DNA of 64,000 nucleotides from Candidatus Beckwithbacteria bacterium (GCA_012797845.1 JAAZOH010000038.1:11919-75918); one strand, 5' to 3'; counted from the first letter of the stretch, positions 19,138 to 30,050 are shown. The notes: generated by a model from the sequence alone, not told the origin. Numbers and translations are program-made.

Positions 19138-20271
19138 TTACTTATAATTTTTAACCGGTTCTAAAATAGTATTTCCTTCATAGCCAAGGGCCCAGAAGGC
19201 CATACCACCCAGCTTATATTTTTCAACAAGATCAATTTTTTCTTGGATAGCTTGAGCATCCGGATAAAAAATTTGGTGATAGGTTTTATATGCTTGGTCA
19301 TAATAAATAAGGTATGATTCTTGGGAATTAGCTTCTATCTGGGCACTACAAGTGGCGCAACTGGCCAAAAACTCCTCTACCCTTTCATTACTAGCTGTGA
19401 TGCCTGAACTAGGAATGGTGGCTGATCTAGGATAGTCAGTTAGGGTTTCCCATTCATAACCATATAAAGGAATGCCAAGGATAATTTTATTTTTGGGGAT
19501 AACTTCTAGCGCTTTTTGGATACCAGTTTCAACATCAAACTCACTATCAATTCCAACTCCACCTACTGGGGCTACGGCGCCACTTACTTGTGAGCCAGGG
19601 TAATGATAATCATAAGTCATGAGGACAATATAATCGACATACGGTTCTACTGTTTCAAGATTGATCAGCCTACTTTTGATTAAATCTGTAGGGCTGGCAT
19701 CAATAGTTAGGGTTGTATTAATCCGACTTTTAAACTCTTTGACAAAGGCAGTGAAATTTAATCGAGCCGATTCTGAAGCATAAAAAACATTTTCAATATC
19801 AAGATTTAGATCAGTAAATCCATACTGTTTCATAATTGGATTAATTTCAGAAGCTAAAGTTGCAGCATGAGAAGCTGGCTCGGAAACTAATTCGTTAATA
19901 ACGTCCGGATCACCGCTAAAAATTAAAAGGGAGTTTTGTAGATTTTTGGAAGGAGTAAATTTACCGGAATTTAGAGCATGCCAACCCGGCTCAGCTTCAC
20001 CGGGATTAGTATATTTTTGAATACTACCATCAGAATTAACAGTTAATCCAAAATAAGTAATATTGGTCAAATACTCTCTATAATCTTTGTCAGTTTTATC
20101 AAGGAGCCAGTATGGTAGAAAACCAATAATATGCTGGGTGTTTTGTTTTTGAAGAGGTGAAAGAATAACTGATTGAGGATTTTTATCAACGAGATAATTG
20201 ACTAAAAAGAAAGTAATGGCAAATCCTACAATAGTTATAAAGGTAAAGATCAGGATGTTTTTTATATTCAC
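19138..20271 (-). CDS. Glycoside hydrolase family 18 (paralogue)
   Basis: Same motifs as 9716..10849. Confidence 0.92.
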   Translation of the reverse strand: MNIKNILIFTFITIVGFAITFFLVNYLVDKNPQSVILSPLQKQNTQHIIGFLPYWLLDKTDKDYREYLTNITYFGLTVNSDGSIQKYTNPGEAEPGWHALNSGKFTPSKNLQNSLLIFSGDPDVINELVSEPASHAATLASEINPIMKQYGFTDLNLDIENVFYASESARLNFTAFVKEFKSRINTTLTIDASPTDLIKSRLINLETVEPYVDYIVLMTYDYHYPGSQVSGAVAPVGGVGIDSEFDVETGIQKALEVIPKNKIILGIPLYGYEWETLTDYPRSATIPSSGITASNERVEEFLASCATCSAQIEANSQESYLIYYDQAYKTYHQIFYPDAQAIQEKIDLVEKYKLGGMAFWALGYEGNTILEPVKNYK

Positions 20272-20616
20272 CCACTCATTTTAACATGGCCTTTTTAAAA
20301 AGATATTAAATTTGGAACTTTTAAAGTTAAACATTAAAAACCCTTTTTGAGATATATGAAAATTATTCTTATGAAACAAATGCCGCAAATTCTAATGAGC
20401 AAAAAGGCCAGGGGGATTAAACTTTGTTTTAATAAGAATAGCTGGTTATAGCGATTATAACTAGAAAAATGGAAATTATAACTTTATGTAAAGATAATAA
20501 CGATATCTTATAAAGACTAAGAAGCCAATAATTTTTGGTTTAAAAAACTAACCCTAAAAATACAAATTCGGATGTAGCTACTTATTTAAGAATGGATAAA
20601 AATTCAGCTGCCATTT

Positions 20617-22266
20617 TTATTTAATATCTTTTCTAATTGTTAGAAAAATACTAATGATGATGATAAAGGAAATTATATAACCTAAAATACCAAAAATAGA
20701 AAAACCACTAATTAAAGGTGGTAAATTGCTTCTAATAATAAGTGATGAAGCAACAATAGCCCCAGTAGCAAGAATACCACTAGTTAATCTGCTGCTAGCT
20801 TTATTAATCGTTTGATTTAGATCTTCTAAACCTTCGTGATCAAGTTTGATTTCATATTTCCCCTTTATGATTTTTTGTAAAAGAAGCAGAAGATCATTGG
20901 GAAAAGACTTCATAACCCAAAGGTTTTCTTTTAAAAATTGATTTAAATCACTTATTATTTTGGCAGGCTGAAACTGTTTGCTTAACATTTTTTGAGCATA
21001 AGGGATCATGTTAGCTGTAGGATTAAATTGGGGATCAATTTGATTGCCGACGCCTTCTAAAATAATCAGGCAACGTATAACTAAAAGCATGCTCGATGGA
21101 AGTCTGATTTGATAGTGATAAACAAGGGTAATAAATTTATTAAGAATTTCTGAAATGTTGACGTTTTGCAAATCAGTGCCGTAGTAGCGGTTGAAAATAT
21201 CATCCAGATCCTCTTTAAAATTATCAGTCTTGCAATCATCTGGAACCATACCTTCGTTGATAAATAAAGAAATGATGCTGTTAATATTTCTGTCTGAAAT
21301 GGCAATCAAAAGATTGGTTAAAAAATCCTTAACTTCTGTGTTCAAAAATCCCACCATGCCAGCATCAATAAAACAGACAACATCATCTTTCATGATAATC
21401 AAGTTGCCTTTATGAGGATCAGCGTGGAAAAAGCCGTCCTCAAAAATCTGTTTATATACAGCGGCAATGCCCCGCTCTGCTACTAAGTTTCGGTTATGTG
21501 TAGAATCTTCTTTAAGGATAGAATCAATCTTGGCTCCATAAATATACTCCAGAGTTAAAACATAGCGGTTGGAATATTCGCGATAGACTTTGGGAAAGTA
21601 AATTTCGAGAATATCACTAAAATTCCTCCGGAAATGATCAAAATTATCAGCTTCTAACCTAAAGTCAATTTCTTTTTCAATTGACTTTTCAAATTCAGAA
21701 ACTAAATGAACTAGTTCATAGCGTTTTAATTCAGGGATATTTTTTTCAGCCAACAAAGCTAATAAATGCAGCAACTCAATATCTTTACGGATATTTTTTT
21801 CCAAATTAGGCCGTTGGATTTTCACAGCGACTTTTTCTCCTGTTGATAGCTCTGCTAAGTGTACTTGGGCAATTGAAGCTGAGGCTAAAGGCTCCTGACT
21901 AAAATTTGTAAATACTTCAGAAAGTGGTTTCTTAAAAGTCTTTTTAACAATTTTTCCAACTTGGCTAAAACTAAAAGGCTCAACTTTATCCTGCAATTTT
22001 TCCAATTCATGAATAACATTGCGAGGAAGTAGGTCCGGATGGCAACTGAGAGTTTGTCCGAATTTAATATAAGTAGGGCCTAAATCTTGAAAAATACACT
22101 TAATCTTTTGACCTACAGTCAAATGAGTAACTTTTTTCTTATTACCGACAATGAATTTAGGCAAATGCAATTTTTCTACGATTTAATCAAGTTCATATTT
22201 AGATAAAATTTGGGCAATTTCTTGCAGTCTTTCAAAATGATCTTTTATGAGTGATTTTTCAAGCAT
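20617..22266 (-). pseudogene. ABC1/AarF/UbiB-family atypical kinase with in-frame TAA at codon 28
   Basis: LGPTYIKFGQ, ASASIAQVH, VAVKIQRP, FFHADPHKGN; ATG 22266 gives MLEKS...RLQEIAQILSKYELD*IVEKLHLP with TAA at 22185-22183. Confidence 0.85.
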
Positions 22267-22387
22267 ACTTTAAGTATACTATGTTTGAGAATATATTGAA
22301 CATTAGCAAAAATAACTCTTTTAAAATAGATGGAGCCAACTCTTTTTCCTTACAGATATTCCCCTACAAAATTAGGAGCTTTTGCAT

Positions 22388-22526
22388 TTATTGTGACCTT
22401 CTGATCATGACATATACTCGGCCATGATCTTTGGCAAAAGAAAGAGAGATATCGTATCCTGCTTCGGTCCAATGCAAACCGCCTAACTCATCAGTACTAA
22501 AATTATCTTTATCACTATACTTTTTT
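22388..22526 (-). pseudogene. 3' remnant of a paralogue of the 10947..11750 gene
   Basis: KKYSDKDNFSTDELGGLHWTEAGYDISLSFAKDHGRVYVMIRRSQ* vs EKYADNLSFSIDENNCLRWEENNYAITLTFSKDHGRVYAMFRRLK*. Confidence 0.88.
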
Positions 22527-22625
22527 GATAGCTTTAGTGGTAGTAATTAGCTTAACTTGGTTTGAGTTTTTAAAATTTTGGAAAGGTAGGAAAATGCTGA
22601 TTTAAAAAGCATTTACCAATAGTAC

Positions 22626-22666
22626 AAAACAACCTCAAATAAGATGCGTTAGAGTTGTTTTATGTG
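22626..22666. repeat. 41-bp imperfect palindrome, copy 1
   Basis: AAAACAAC...GTTGTTTTATGTG; 29/41 identical to 23420-23460 by manual alignment. Confidence 0.75.
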
Positions 22667-22706
22667 TCTAATATCATTACTTTTTTAGTCACGTGTCTTC
22701 CACCTT

Positions 22707-23417
22707 ATGCCTATATTGTTGTATAGTAAAAATATGTCGGCATTTTCGTTTTTGATAGCAATCCTTATGTTTGGATTTTTTTCCTACGAAATCTGGAAAA
22801 AAAGCAATAAGGTTATTTCAATCTTATATACAATTATGAGTGTTGCTATAATTTCCCTTCTTCTTTATAAAGAACAACTTGATTTTAGTGTTGGTGAGAA
22901 TTTAGCTGATTTTAATAAGCCTTATATACAAATTATTATACAATTGATAATAGTTGGTGTTCCAGTTTATTTTCAAATAAAAAAGGAAGTTAAAACCACG
23001 AACCAATTCCAGGCTGATCAAGTTAAAAATATTACCATCAATATTGCTTTTTACCGAGCTGTCTATGCGTTTGGACCAATTTTGGCAGCCTACCTTATAG
23101 TCTTTAATCCAATGATTGAAAGCCTTTCCAAAATTCTAGGTAGCTCCTTTTTTGCAGCAGTAATTATTTCCATTTATGCCGCAATTTTATTTTTCCTGAC
23201 ACAGAAATTAGTAATCTATGCCTACCGTAAAAATAATAATACAATGCCAAATTTTGAATATCCTAGGGAAAATACACCACAAAATCAGGATTTACCCCAA
23301 TTAGGAGTTAATAACATTGGAGTGCCCATGCTAACAGCTATGGTTTACTTAGCTTTTTCGTTTATTTCCCTGCTTGCAGTTGCGTTTGCCTTGTATCAAA
23401 TGGGTTATGAATTGTAA
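22707..23417 (+). CDS. Hypothetical multi-pass membrane protein
   Basis: 236 aa ORF, about six hydrophobic segments; start may be ATG 22734. Confidence 0.75.
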   Translation: MPILLYSKNMSAFSFLIAILMFGFFSYEIWKKSNKVISILYTIMSVAIISLLLYKEQLDFSVGENLADFNKPYIQIIIQLIIVGVPVYFQIKKEVKTTNQFQADQVKNITINIAFYRAVYAFGPILAAYLIVFNPMIESLSKILGSSFFAAVIISIYAAILFFLTQKLVIYAYRKNNNTMPNFEYPRENTPQNQDLPQLGVNNIGVPMLTAMVYLAFSFISLLAVAFALYQMGYEL

Positions 23418-23419
23418 TA

Positions 23420-23460
23420 AAAACAACCCCAGGCAGGTTACATCGAGGTTGTTTTATGTG
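23420..23460. repeat. 41-bp imperfect palindrome, copy 2 (possible terminator)
   Basis: Directly after stop of the 22707 gene; same orientation as copy 1. Confidence 0.75.
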
Positions 23461-23783
23461 GTACTAAAACCATTTTTTTTGATCTTCTTTGCAGCTCATG
23501 CTTTGAACTGACATACCTACTTTAGGTTGAGCAGTTTGCTTATTTTCCTACAATTAAATATATTGGCCATAATTTCCTTATTAGTCTTCATTTGATTTGA
23601 GTGAAAAGTATATTTTATTTCATAGCTCAAGTATATGTCTGTCTTTTTTTGCAACATGTCAGGTCAAAATAATTTTTATACATAAATCAATCTAAGTCCA
23701 TTAATATTCAAAAATAAAAATCAAAAGCGATTACAAATTAACGAACATTGTTCATGATATTGAATAAGTTGGCAATAGCTTAA

Positions 23784-25436
23784 TTAAGCAAGAGGAATAG
23801 TTTTTCGAATAATTTTAAAACCTCCGATGATAGATAAGAAGAGGGTGAAATATAAAGCTAAATCAGTGAAGAGTGGGGCTTGATAAGAACTGCTACTACC
23901 TCCTGATGGTGCTTCTGCTTCCTCGCCTCCAGTTCCACTCAATCCAGCAATGACCCAGTAATCTATTCCGTTTACTGTTGTTTTACTTACACTACTATCA
24001 CTAGTAGTCAGAAAATATTCATTACTACAGCCAGAAGTTACTTGTGCTAAAGAACTAGCATTTGGGCAAATTCTGACACGAGAGCCACCATTGTCAGGAA
24101 TGTACAAACTAAAGCTTTCTCCGGAGCTACCAGGGATTGAAGTAAAACCGCCATCATAGTGCAAGACAGCTTTTTCACCGTCACTATCAACGGTTAGATC
24201 TGTCCAATCCCTATCTGCAGAAAAATCAACAGAAAAAGCAGCAACGCGGTAAGTACTTTTAGCAATAGCTACAGTTTGGATTCCAGTTTGACCGGAGCTG
24301 GTAACATCTGATTCTTCATCAGAAGCGAGAGTAATCTGAGTAGACTCAGGAGGATTAGTAATAACGTAACTGGGAGTATAAGTTGATTCCTCTCCAAAAG
24401 CCATGCTTGGTTCTGGATTGACATATTTGCGCACAAGAAACCAATCAGTATATATATAACCGGAAGCGCCAGCTCCTGGGTTTACCCACATGCCAGCATA
24501 CAAATTAGCAGTAGGAATACTGGCTGGAGTAGTAATAGCAGTAGCAGAAATATCGTCATACATGATTTGCGCATTATCCGTATAACGACGATATTCGAAA
24601 ACTTTCCAAGAAGCATTTTGGTTGCCAGCTGCTTGACCGACCCCGCTTCCGCTGGCATAGGTGACGAGATTATGTTCATCACTAGCCCAGTTGTATTTAT
24701 TGTTATCAAGAATTACAGCATTGGCAAGATCAAAATAAGAAGTATGAGTATTATCAGCAAAGCCGCTGTATGAACAAAAATTAGCGCTAGAAGCAGAAAA
24801 GTACTGTTTGGCCCTAATGGCATACTGAGGCCCAAAAGCAGTTTTGGTTCTAAAGTAGGCTAAAACCCAAGATCCTGAGGATGATCCCGAAACCCTAGCG
24901 TAACCACCGGATTCATTATACGTAGCAGAACCAGATTGAGCAACATCCCAAAGAGAAGTATTGACAGAATTATCATCAAAATTATCGTAAAAAGGAAACG
25001 TATTGATGGCACTACTTAAGCTAGTGGCATCACCATCACCATAGTAAAGGTAAAAAGTGGCGGTACTAGGAGACTCAGGAATGCTGTCACATTCTACCCA
25101 AACAGTCACCGTATCTGTCGTAGAAGACTCAATCCAATAATCAAGCAATGTTTGTCCATCAGATTGGGTAAAACGGATGTCATTAAAACTATCTAAAACA
25201 TTGTTATTTAGGTACACAGTAGCGCTAGTATCGGTGCCAGCATTTTTATTGACAGTGATTTTAACTTGATAATTAGTTTGCGAACCTGCAGAAGAGCCAG
25301 TAATAGTAATTTGTTTGCGATACGTATAGCCATCAAGCCAAGATTCACCAGTGGCATAAACCTGGCTAGTAAAAGCAAGGCCAACGGCTATAAAAAGAAC
25401 AATTTTGGATATGTTGGAATAGTTAAATAGGCCCAT
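23784..25436 (-). CDS. DUF2341-domain surface protein with C-terminal sorting-signal-like tail
   Basis: Signal peptide; YRKQITI, NYQVKI, DIRFT, LDYWIE, VWV, YLYYG; tail APLFTD + TM + KIIRK. Confidence 0.85.
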   Translation of the reverse strand: MGLFNYSNISKIVLFIAVGLAFTSQVYATGESWLDGYTYRKQITITGSSAGSQTNYQVKITVNKNAGTDTSATVYLNNNVLDSFNDIRFTQSDGQTLLDYWIESSTTDTVTVWVECDSIPESPSTATFYLYYGDGDATSLSSAINTFPFYDNFDDNSVNTSLWDVAQSGSATYNESGGYARVSGSSSGSWVLAYFRTKTAFGPQYAIRAKQYFSASSANFCSYSGFADNTHTSYFDLANAVILDNNKYNWASDEHNLVTYASGSGVGQAAGNQNASWKVFEYRRYTDNAQIMYDDISATAITTPASIPTANLYAGMWVNPGAGASGYIYTDWFLVRKYVNPEPSMAFGEESTYTPSYVITNPPESTQITLASDEESDVTSSGQTGIQTVAIAKSTYRVAAFSVDFSADRDWTDLTVDSDGEKAVLHYDGGFTSIPGSSGESFSLYIPDNGGSRVRICPNASSLAQVTSGCSNEYFLTTSDSSVSKTTVNGIDYWVIAGLSGTGGEEAEAPSGGSSSSYQAPLFTDLALYFTLFLSIIGGFKIIRKTIPLA

Positions 25437-25544
25437 TTAAAAATAATTTTCTATAGACTAGAATTATTATGAAATGTGTTTTGCTAAATTGCAATTACTG
25501 ATAAAATAAACACTAATTTTATTCAGTATTTATGATTCAAATTT

Positions 25545-27059
25545 ATGAAAAAAATAATCTTTATTATTGTAGGTATTATTGTTTTAGCAATTTTCAGTTT
25601 TTATTTTCTTTGGCAATCTAAACTTTTAACCCCCAATGCAGATCCACAGCAAGTAGTGTTGCAGGAAACCTATGATATTTCCAAAGATTATCTAACGTTA
25701 CGCTATCAAACAGATAATGTTTTAACTCATGCTAAAGATTTTGGAACTTATGACGCTTGGAATGAAGAAATGACTGAAATTATTAGCGGGTGGAAAGAAC
25801 TTGAAGATAGGGCTGCTAAGCTGGGAACAAATGCTGAAAAATTATCCCAAGAAAAGATGAGCTTTGATATAGCTCCTCCTGTTTATGCATATGACAAAGA
25901 AGAAATTTCTAGGATTGTTGACAGTGCTCCACTAGGTAAAAAAATCATGACTTTGGCTAAACATTTAGGAGTAGATGCCAAAAGAGCTCAGTTGATCCTG
26001 AATCAAGATCAGGCGATGGTAGCTAGAGAAACCTGGGGGGAAGAAGGAGATACTTTTCAAACTTTGGAAAATGATGCCATGAGAATCAAAAATGGGTGCA
26101 AGGTAGTAGGCTTTGTTGGCACAACTGTCTTAAGCGGAGGGACTTCTGTTCTGGCAACGACGGCAACAGTTGTAGTGGGAGCTGATTTAACTCTGGAAAT
26201 TGCTGATGATGAGGCACGTATTGCCCTTGGAGATAAAAATAAGGTTTCAAAAATTGTAGGGCAGCTGCGAACTGTCACCGAGCCTGCAGCCGGAATTTTG
26301 ACCATAGCAACAATCCCGGGCAATCTTACCAAAAGCATAGACAGACTTTCTGCGGCCACTTTTGGGATAGATCAGATTAGGTCAGTGGTTCAGGATGAAA
26401 AAATCATTGGTATTAGCATAAAAGTAGACGAAACAGGAGACATAAAAGCTGAGGGAGCGGCTTTGGCTCCCGAAGAAGTTAATCAATGGCTTAAAGACAA
26501 TAATGCCAGCGAGAGTAATGAAACGATTGAAGAAGCTTTAGGCATTAATGAAAATAAAGAAGCTGAAATTGATAAAAAGGCAGAGGAAAAAGAAACTATC
26601 AAAGAAGAAACTAAGTCTAATGAAGTTAAAAATAAAAATGTAAGCTCTGGTAATATAGAAAATATTGCAAATCAGATTATCAAAGTGGTTAATGTGAGCG
26701 GATCATCTTATATGATGGATGTATGTTTTACGCCTACTTGCTGGGATGATCTGGATGCTAGTCCTGAAGAAGATAGAGATCTAGGTGGTATCTATACTAT
26801 GGGTAAAGTTTTTGGCAATGGAGAAAGTTTTAAAAGAGGTTTTCTTCCTTCAGATCTAAAAGCCTCTGGTCGATTAGAGGAAACATCAGCCAATAGCTAT
26901 AAAACCACACTTTACTTTGCGATAGCGCCTTTTGAAGGACCTAAAAACAAGACCATTGATTATGGCACCTGGCTAAGCGAATCTGTAGAGATTAATGCAA
27001 AGTATGGAGATGAACCAGTGGTTAAATGGGATGGGACTAGTTTAAAACAAGCGCAATAA
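25545..27059 (+). CDS. Hypothetical membrane-anchored protein
   Basis: 504 aa, N-terminal TM, central hydrophobic Gly/Thr segment, E/K-rich linker. Confidence 0.8.
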   Translation: MKKIIFIIVGIIVLAIFSFYFLWQSKLLTPNADPQQVVLQETYDISKDYLTLRYQTDNVLTHAKDFGTYDAWNEEMTEIISGWKELEDRAAKLGTNAEKLSQEKMSFDIAPPVYAYDKEEISRIVDSAPLGKKIMTLAKHLGVDAKRAQLILNQDQAMVARETWGEEGDTFQTLENDAMRIKNGCKVVGFVGTTVLSGGTSVLATTATVVVGADLTLEIADDEARIALGDKNKVSKIVGQLRTVTEPAAGILTIATIPGNLTKSIDRLSAATFGIDQIRSVVQDEKIIGISIKVDETGDIKAEGAALAPEEVNQWLKDNNASESNETIEEALGINENKEAEIDKKAEEKETIKEETKSNEVKNKNVSSGNIENIANQIIKVVNVSGSSYMMDVCFTPTCWDDLDASPEEDRDLGGIYTMGKVFGNGESFKRGFLPSDLKASGRLEETSANSYKTTLYFAIAPFEGPKNKTIDYGTWLSESVEINAKYGDEPVVKWDGTSLKQAQ

Positions 27060-27085
27060 TCTCAACTTAGTGAGAATTGGATAAA

Positions 27086-28018
27086 CTATTTGGTTACGTA
27101 TTGGTATGTTCCTTTTAGAAAACCCAAAAAATAAACTACAAACAATATCCAAGTAGCATGGTCATGAAATAAGCTCATGGCCAAGTCAGGGTTGCTTTGA
27201 CCAATCACCATAAGCAAAAAAATCCGCAAACTATTTAACATAAAGGCGCCAAAGCTCCCAATGACCAAGAAAAATATAGCTTTGGGAATTTGAACTGCTT
27301 GCGGTTTGATAAAACAAAAAACCGTATACAGTGTAGCAAAAAGCAAAATCAGCATAGTACCAGCACAAGCTTCCCCGATACCAACGTTAAAATTATGCAG
27401 GATTAAGGCCACATTAGTGCCATCAATAATAATTTCAGTCTGAGTGAAAACTAAGTTTAGTAAAAAAGCAGCTACTAAAGCTGAACATTTAGCTAGATAT
27501 TCCCAATATGGAAACAGTATAAAAAACAAACCGTAATAGATAATATTAAATGCCAAAAATTGAATAGCTAAAATGTAAAATTTACGCAAAAACGCAAAAC
27601 CAAAAATACTCAGAAATAAACTAAGATAAAAAAGATTTTTAACCCCATACACTAAAAGCAAATGAAACCAGTGAGCTGAAAAATTGTAATGCACTAAAAG
27701 CCAAGCCACAACCTGGTAAAGCTCTAAATAAACTCCCAAAAAAACTAAACTTAAAATTCCCCAAGATAAAGTTTGATTTAGCTGTTTAATAAATCTAAAA
27801 TCTTTCAGTTCTGGGCTATATACCGCTACTATAATAAGTAAGATAATAGGGCTGATAACCGTAGGGTAAGCAAACCGAGCGTACTGATCTAAATGAAAAA
27901 TGGGCGTTAATAATGTAAGTAATAAGGGAATAATACACAAGTAGAGACCTAGAAAAACTATTAATCTCTGGTAAAACTGGTTTTGCAAAAATGTCTGAAG
28001 ATATGTTTTTTTAGCCAT
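27086..28018 (-). CDS. Exosortase/archaeosortase family protein
   Basis: Multi-TM; IGEACAG (Cys), LNSLRI (Arg), LFHD (His) catalytic triad pattern. Confidence 0.88.
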   Translation of the reverse strand: MAKKTYLQTFLQNQFYQRLIVFLGLYLCIIPLLLTLLTPIFHLDQYARFAYPTVISPIILLIIVAVYSPELKDFRFIKQLNQTLSWGILSLVFLGVYLELYQVVAWLLVHYNFSAHWFHLLLVYGVKNLFYLSLFLSIFGFAFLRKFYILAIQFLAFNIIYYGLFFILFPYWEYLAKCSALVAAFLLNLVFTQTEIIIDGTNVALILHNFNVGIGEACAGTMLILLFATLYTVFCFIKPQAVQIPKAIFFLVIGSFGAFMLNSLRIFLLMVIGQSNPDLAMSLFHDHATWILFVVYFLGFLKGTYQYVTK

Positions 28019-28158
28019 AAAACGTTTAGTAAAATTATAGCGAGTAGAAACTTAGCAACGCAAACTTTTGGTTTAAAAAACAGTATTTGGATTGAGGAAT
28101 GTGAATTTTGCTGATTAAACGTAAATTTATATACTAAAATACAATAGAACTACTAGGA

Positions 28159-29268
28159 TTAAAATGCATACAGTTCAAAATTTAATGTTTTTTCAGCAGT
28201 ATTGTCTCGTTTATCTGTGATTTTGAGATGATAGCTATGGGCTTCACCAGCTGGGCCGGAAAGACAACGACGATAGCCAGTTTCTACTGAGTGATCCCAG
28301 CTTATTTCATGATAATTTTCTGCATCTAGTTTTTCATAATATTTCATTTCAGTTGGTTCAGAAATATTATCATTGAAACCAAAACTAAGACAGGTTTGCT
28401 TATTGACATTGTCACGAGTAGTATTAATACCCATAATATTTGGTGGAGTTATATCATTTATCACGATATATTTTTTGCTCATATTATTATTATTGTAATT
28501 ATTTTCAGGGACGGTATGATCTGGGTTGACCTTAACTTCAACTATGTATGTTCCTGGAGAACTAGGTAAACTATAAAAGCCATTGACATTATTTACCTCA
28601 AAGGGATTAATAGTTTCAGTCATAGTTTCGCTGATAAATTCGCCATTGATCCAAAGCTGATATTTAATGTTGTTCAGAGGGTTTGGACCATTATTTTTAA
28701 ACGACTGAGAAGCTATAATGCCGCTTGGTCCCCTACGCTCTTCAAAAGTTTGAATATCTGGATCACCATTAGAGTTGTAGCTGGTGGAATCATTGGGGGA
28801 ATTATATTGGTTACTGATATACAGGTTAGTCAGTTCAATATCGTCTGGAATTGGAGTTGGTGTAGGTGTTGGCTTTGGAATGGTGGTAGCTGCAGGAGTG
28901 GTTGTTGATTTTGGACTCGGTGTTGGTGATGAAGTTGAGCTTGGTTGATAAACATCTTCAAGAATTAAATCAGCAAATGAGCCTGAATGTGAAGCAGTTT
29001 TTTTAGAATCTTGGACTGAAGCATTATTGGATTGAATTTTTTTATCTATCCCCCCACTCTTTTTATTTTTTACGTAAAGAATAATCAAACCAGTAGACAG
29101 TATTAAAAAAATTGCTAGTAAACCCACCTTAATTAAAAGGTTTTTTTTATTTGAAACAGAAAATTCGCTGCTAGTTATTTGAGTAGAATCAGAGCTTTCA
29201 TAGTTAACTGTATTTAGTTCAGATTTCTTGCTTTCTGATACAACATTTATTTCATCAGTAATTTCCAT
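28159..29268 (-). CDS. Membrane-anchored protein with Pro/Thr linker and CARDB-like Ig domain
   Basis: TM, PTPTPTP linker, KNNG, GTYIVEVKVNPDHTVPENNYNNN. Confidence 0.78.
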   Translation of the reverse strand: MEITDEINVVSESKKSELNTVNYESSDSTQITSSEFSVSNKKNLLIKVGLLAIFLILSTGLIILYVKNKKSGGIDKKIQSNNASVQDSKKTASHSGSFADLILEDVYQPSSTSSPTPSPKSTTTPAATTIPKPTPTPTPIPDDIELTNLYISNQYNSPNDSTSYNSNGDPDIQTFEERRGPSGIIASQSFKNNGPNPLNNIKYQLWINGEFISETMTETINPFEVNNVNGFYSLPSSPGTYIVEVKVNPDHTVPENNYNNNNMSKKYIVINDITPPNIMGINTTRDNVNKQTCLSFGFNDNISEPTEMKYYEKLDAENYHEISWDHSVETGYRRCLSGPAGEAHSYHLKITDKRDNTAEKTLNFELYAF

Positions 29269-29423
29269 ATAGCTTAATTATTACGTATTTGTTGGAAATT
29301 TACACCTTGAAAAACGAAAGTTGGGATTTATCAAACTTTGATAAATTTAGGCAAAAAAGAAAATTTATTTTGTCAAATTTATATATATCCAATCACAAAA
29401 AATTATGTAAAATAAAATTATCC

Positions 29424-30029
29424 ATGTTACTATTTTCCTCTCTTTCTGAGCTTAAAAATCTTCTAGGCATTTTGGCAACCATTTTAGTTTTTATTGGCTA
29501 CATTCCTTACAGTAAAGACATTATCAAAGGTAAGACTAAGCCACATTTATATAGCTGGTTTTTATGGGGATTTGTTACTTTATTGGTGTTTGCATTGCAA
29601 TTTAGTGGCGGAGCTGGGAGTGGCTCATTTGTAACTTTAGCTGCTGGTTTGATGTGTATTGTTGTGATTGCTCTTGGATTTATCTACAAAAGTCAGGTCA
29701 AAATAATTTTTGCCGATACTATGTTTCTCATCTTGGCAATTATTGCTTTAGCTTTATGGTTGCTAGCTAAGCAAGCTGTGCTTTCTACAATTTTAGCTAC
29801 AAGTGTTGATTTGCTTGGCTTTGCTCCAACCATCAGAAAATCATGGAATCAACCGTATAGCGAAACGTTGTCATTTTATTTTTTGAATACTGTCCGTTTT
29901 GCTTTAGCGCTTATAGCTCTACAAACCTATTCTATAGTTACTGCCCTATATCCTATTTCCTGGTTGGGAATTAACTTTTTATTTGCAATTATGTTGATGG
30001 TAAGACGGAAACAATTGGCTAAAAACTAA
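29424..30029 (+). CDS. Conserved membrane protein (PQ-loop-like repeat)
   Basis: GYIPY..DIIKGKTKPHLYSW and FAPTIRKSW..PYSE repeats; start moved to ATG 29424. Confidence 0.7.
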   Translation: MLLFSSLSELKNLLGILATILVFIGYIPYSKDIIKGKTKPHLYSWFLWGFVTLLVFALQFSGGAGSGSFVTLAAGLMCIVVIALGFIYKSQVKIIFADTMFLILAIIALALWLLAKQAVLSTILATSVDLLGFAPTIRKSWNQPYSETLSFYFLNTVRFALALIALQTYSIVTALYPISWLGINFLFAIMLMVRRKQLAKN

Positions 30030-30050
30030 TCAGTTCCAATAATTCAAATT

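Larger units (their letters stand above)
18423..20291. repeat. Diverged segmental duplication, copy B
   Basis: Colinear with 9001-10870; both genes keep identical lengths (219 and 377 aa). Confidence 0.95.

Noticed and set aside
9001-20291. Diversity-generating retroelement TR/VR pair
   Set aside because: Duplication spans whole genes, differences are not adenine-specific, and no reverse transcriptase is present
18298-23504. 13-bp match CAGCTCATGCTTT at about 18298 and 23492
   Set aside because: No extended similarity; such matches are expected by chance in 64 kb
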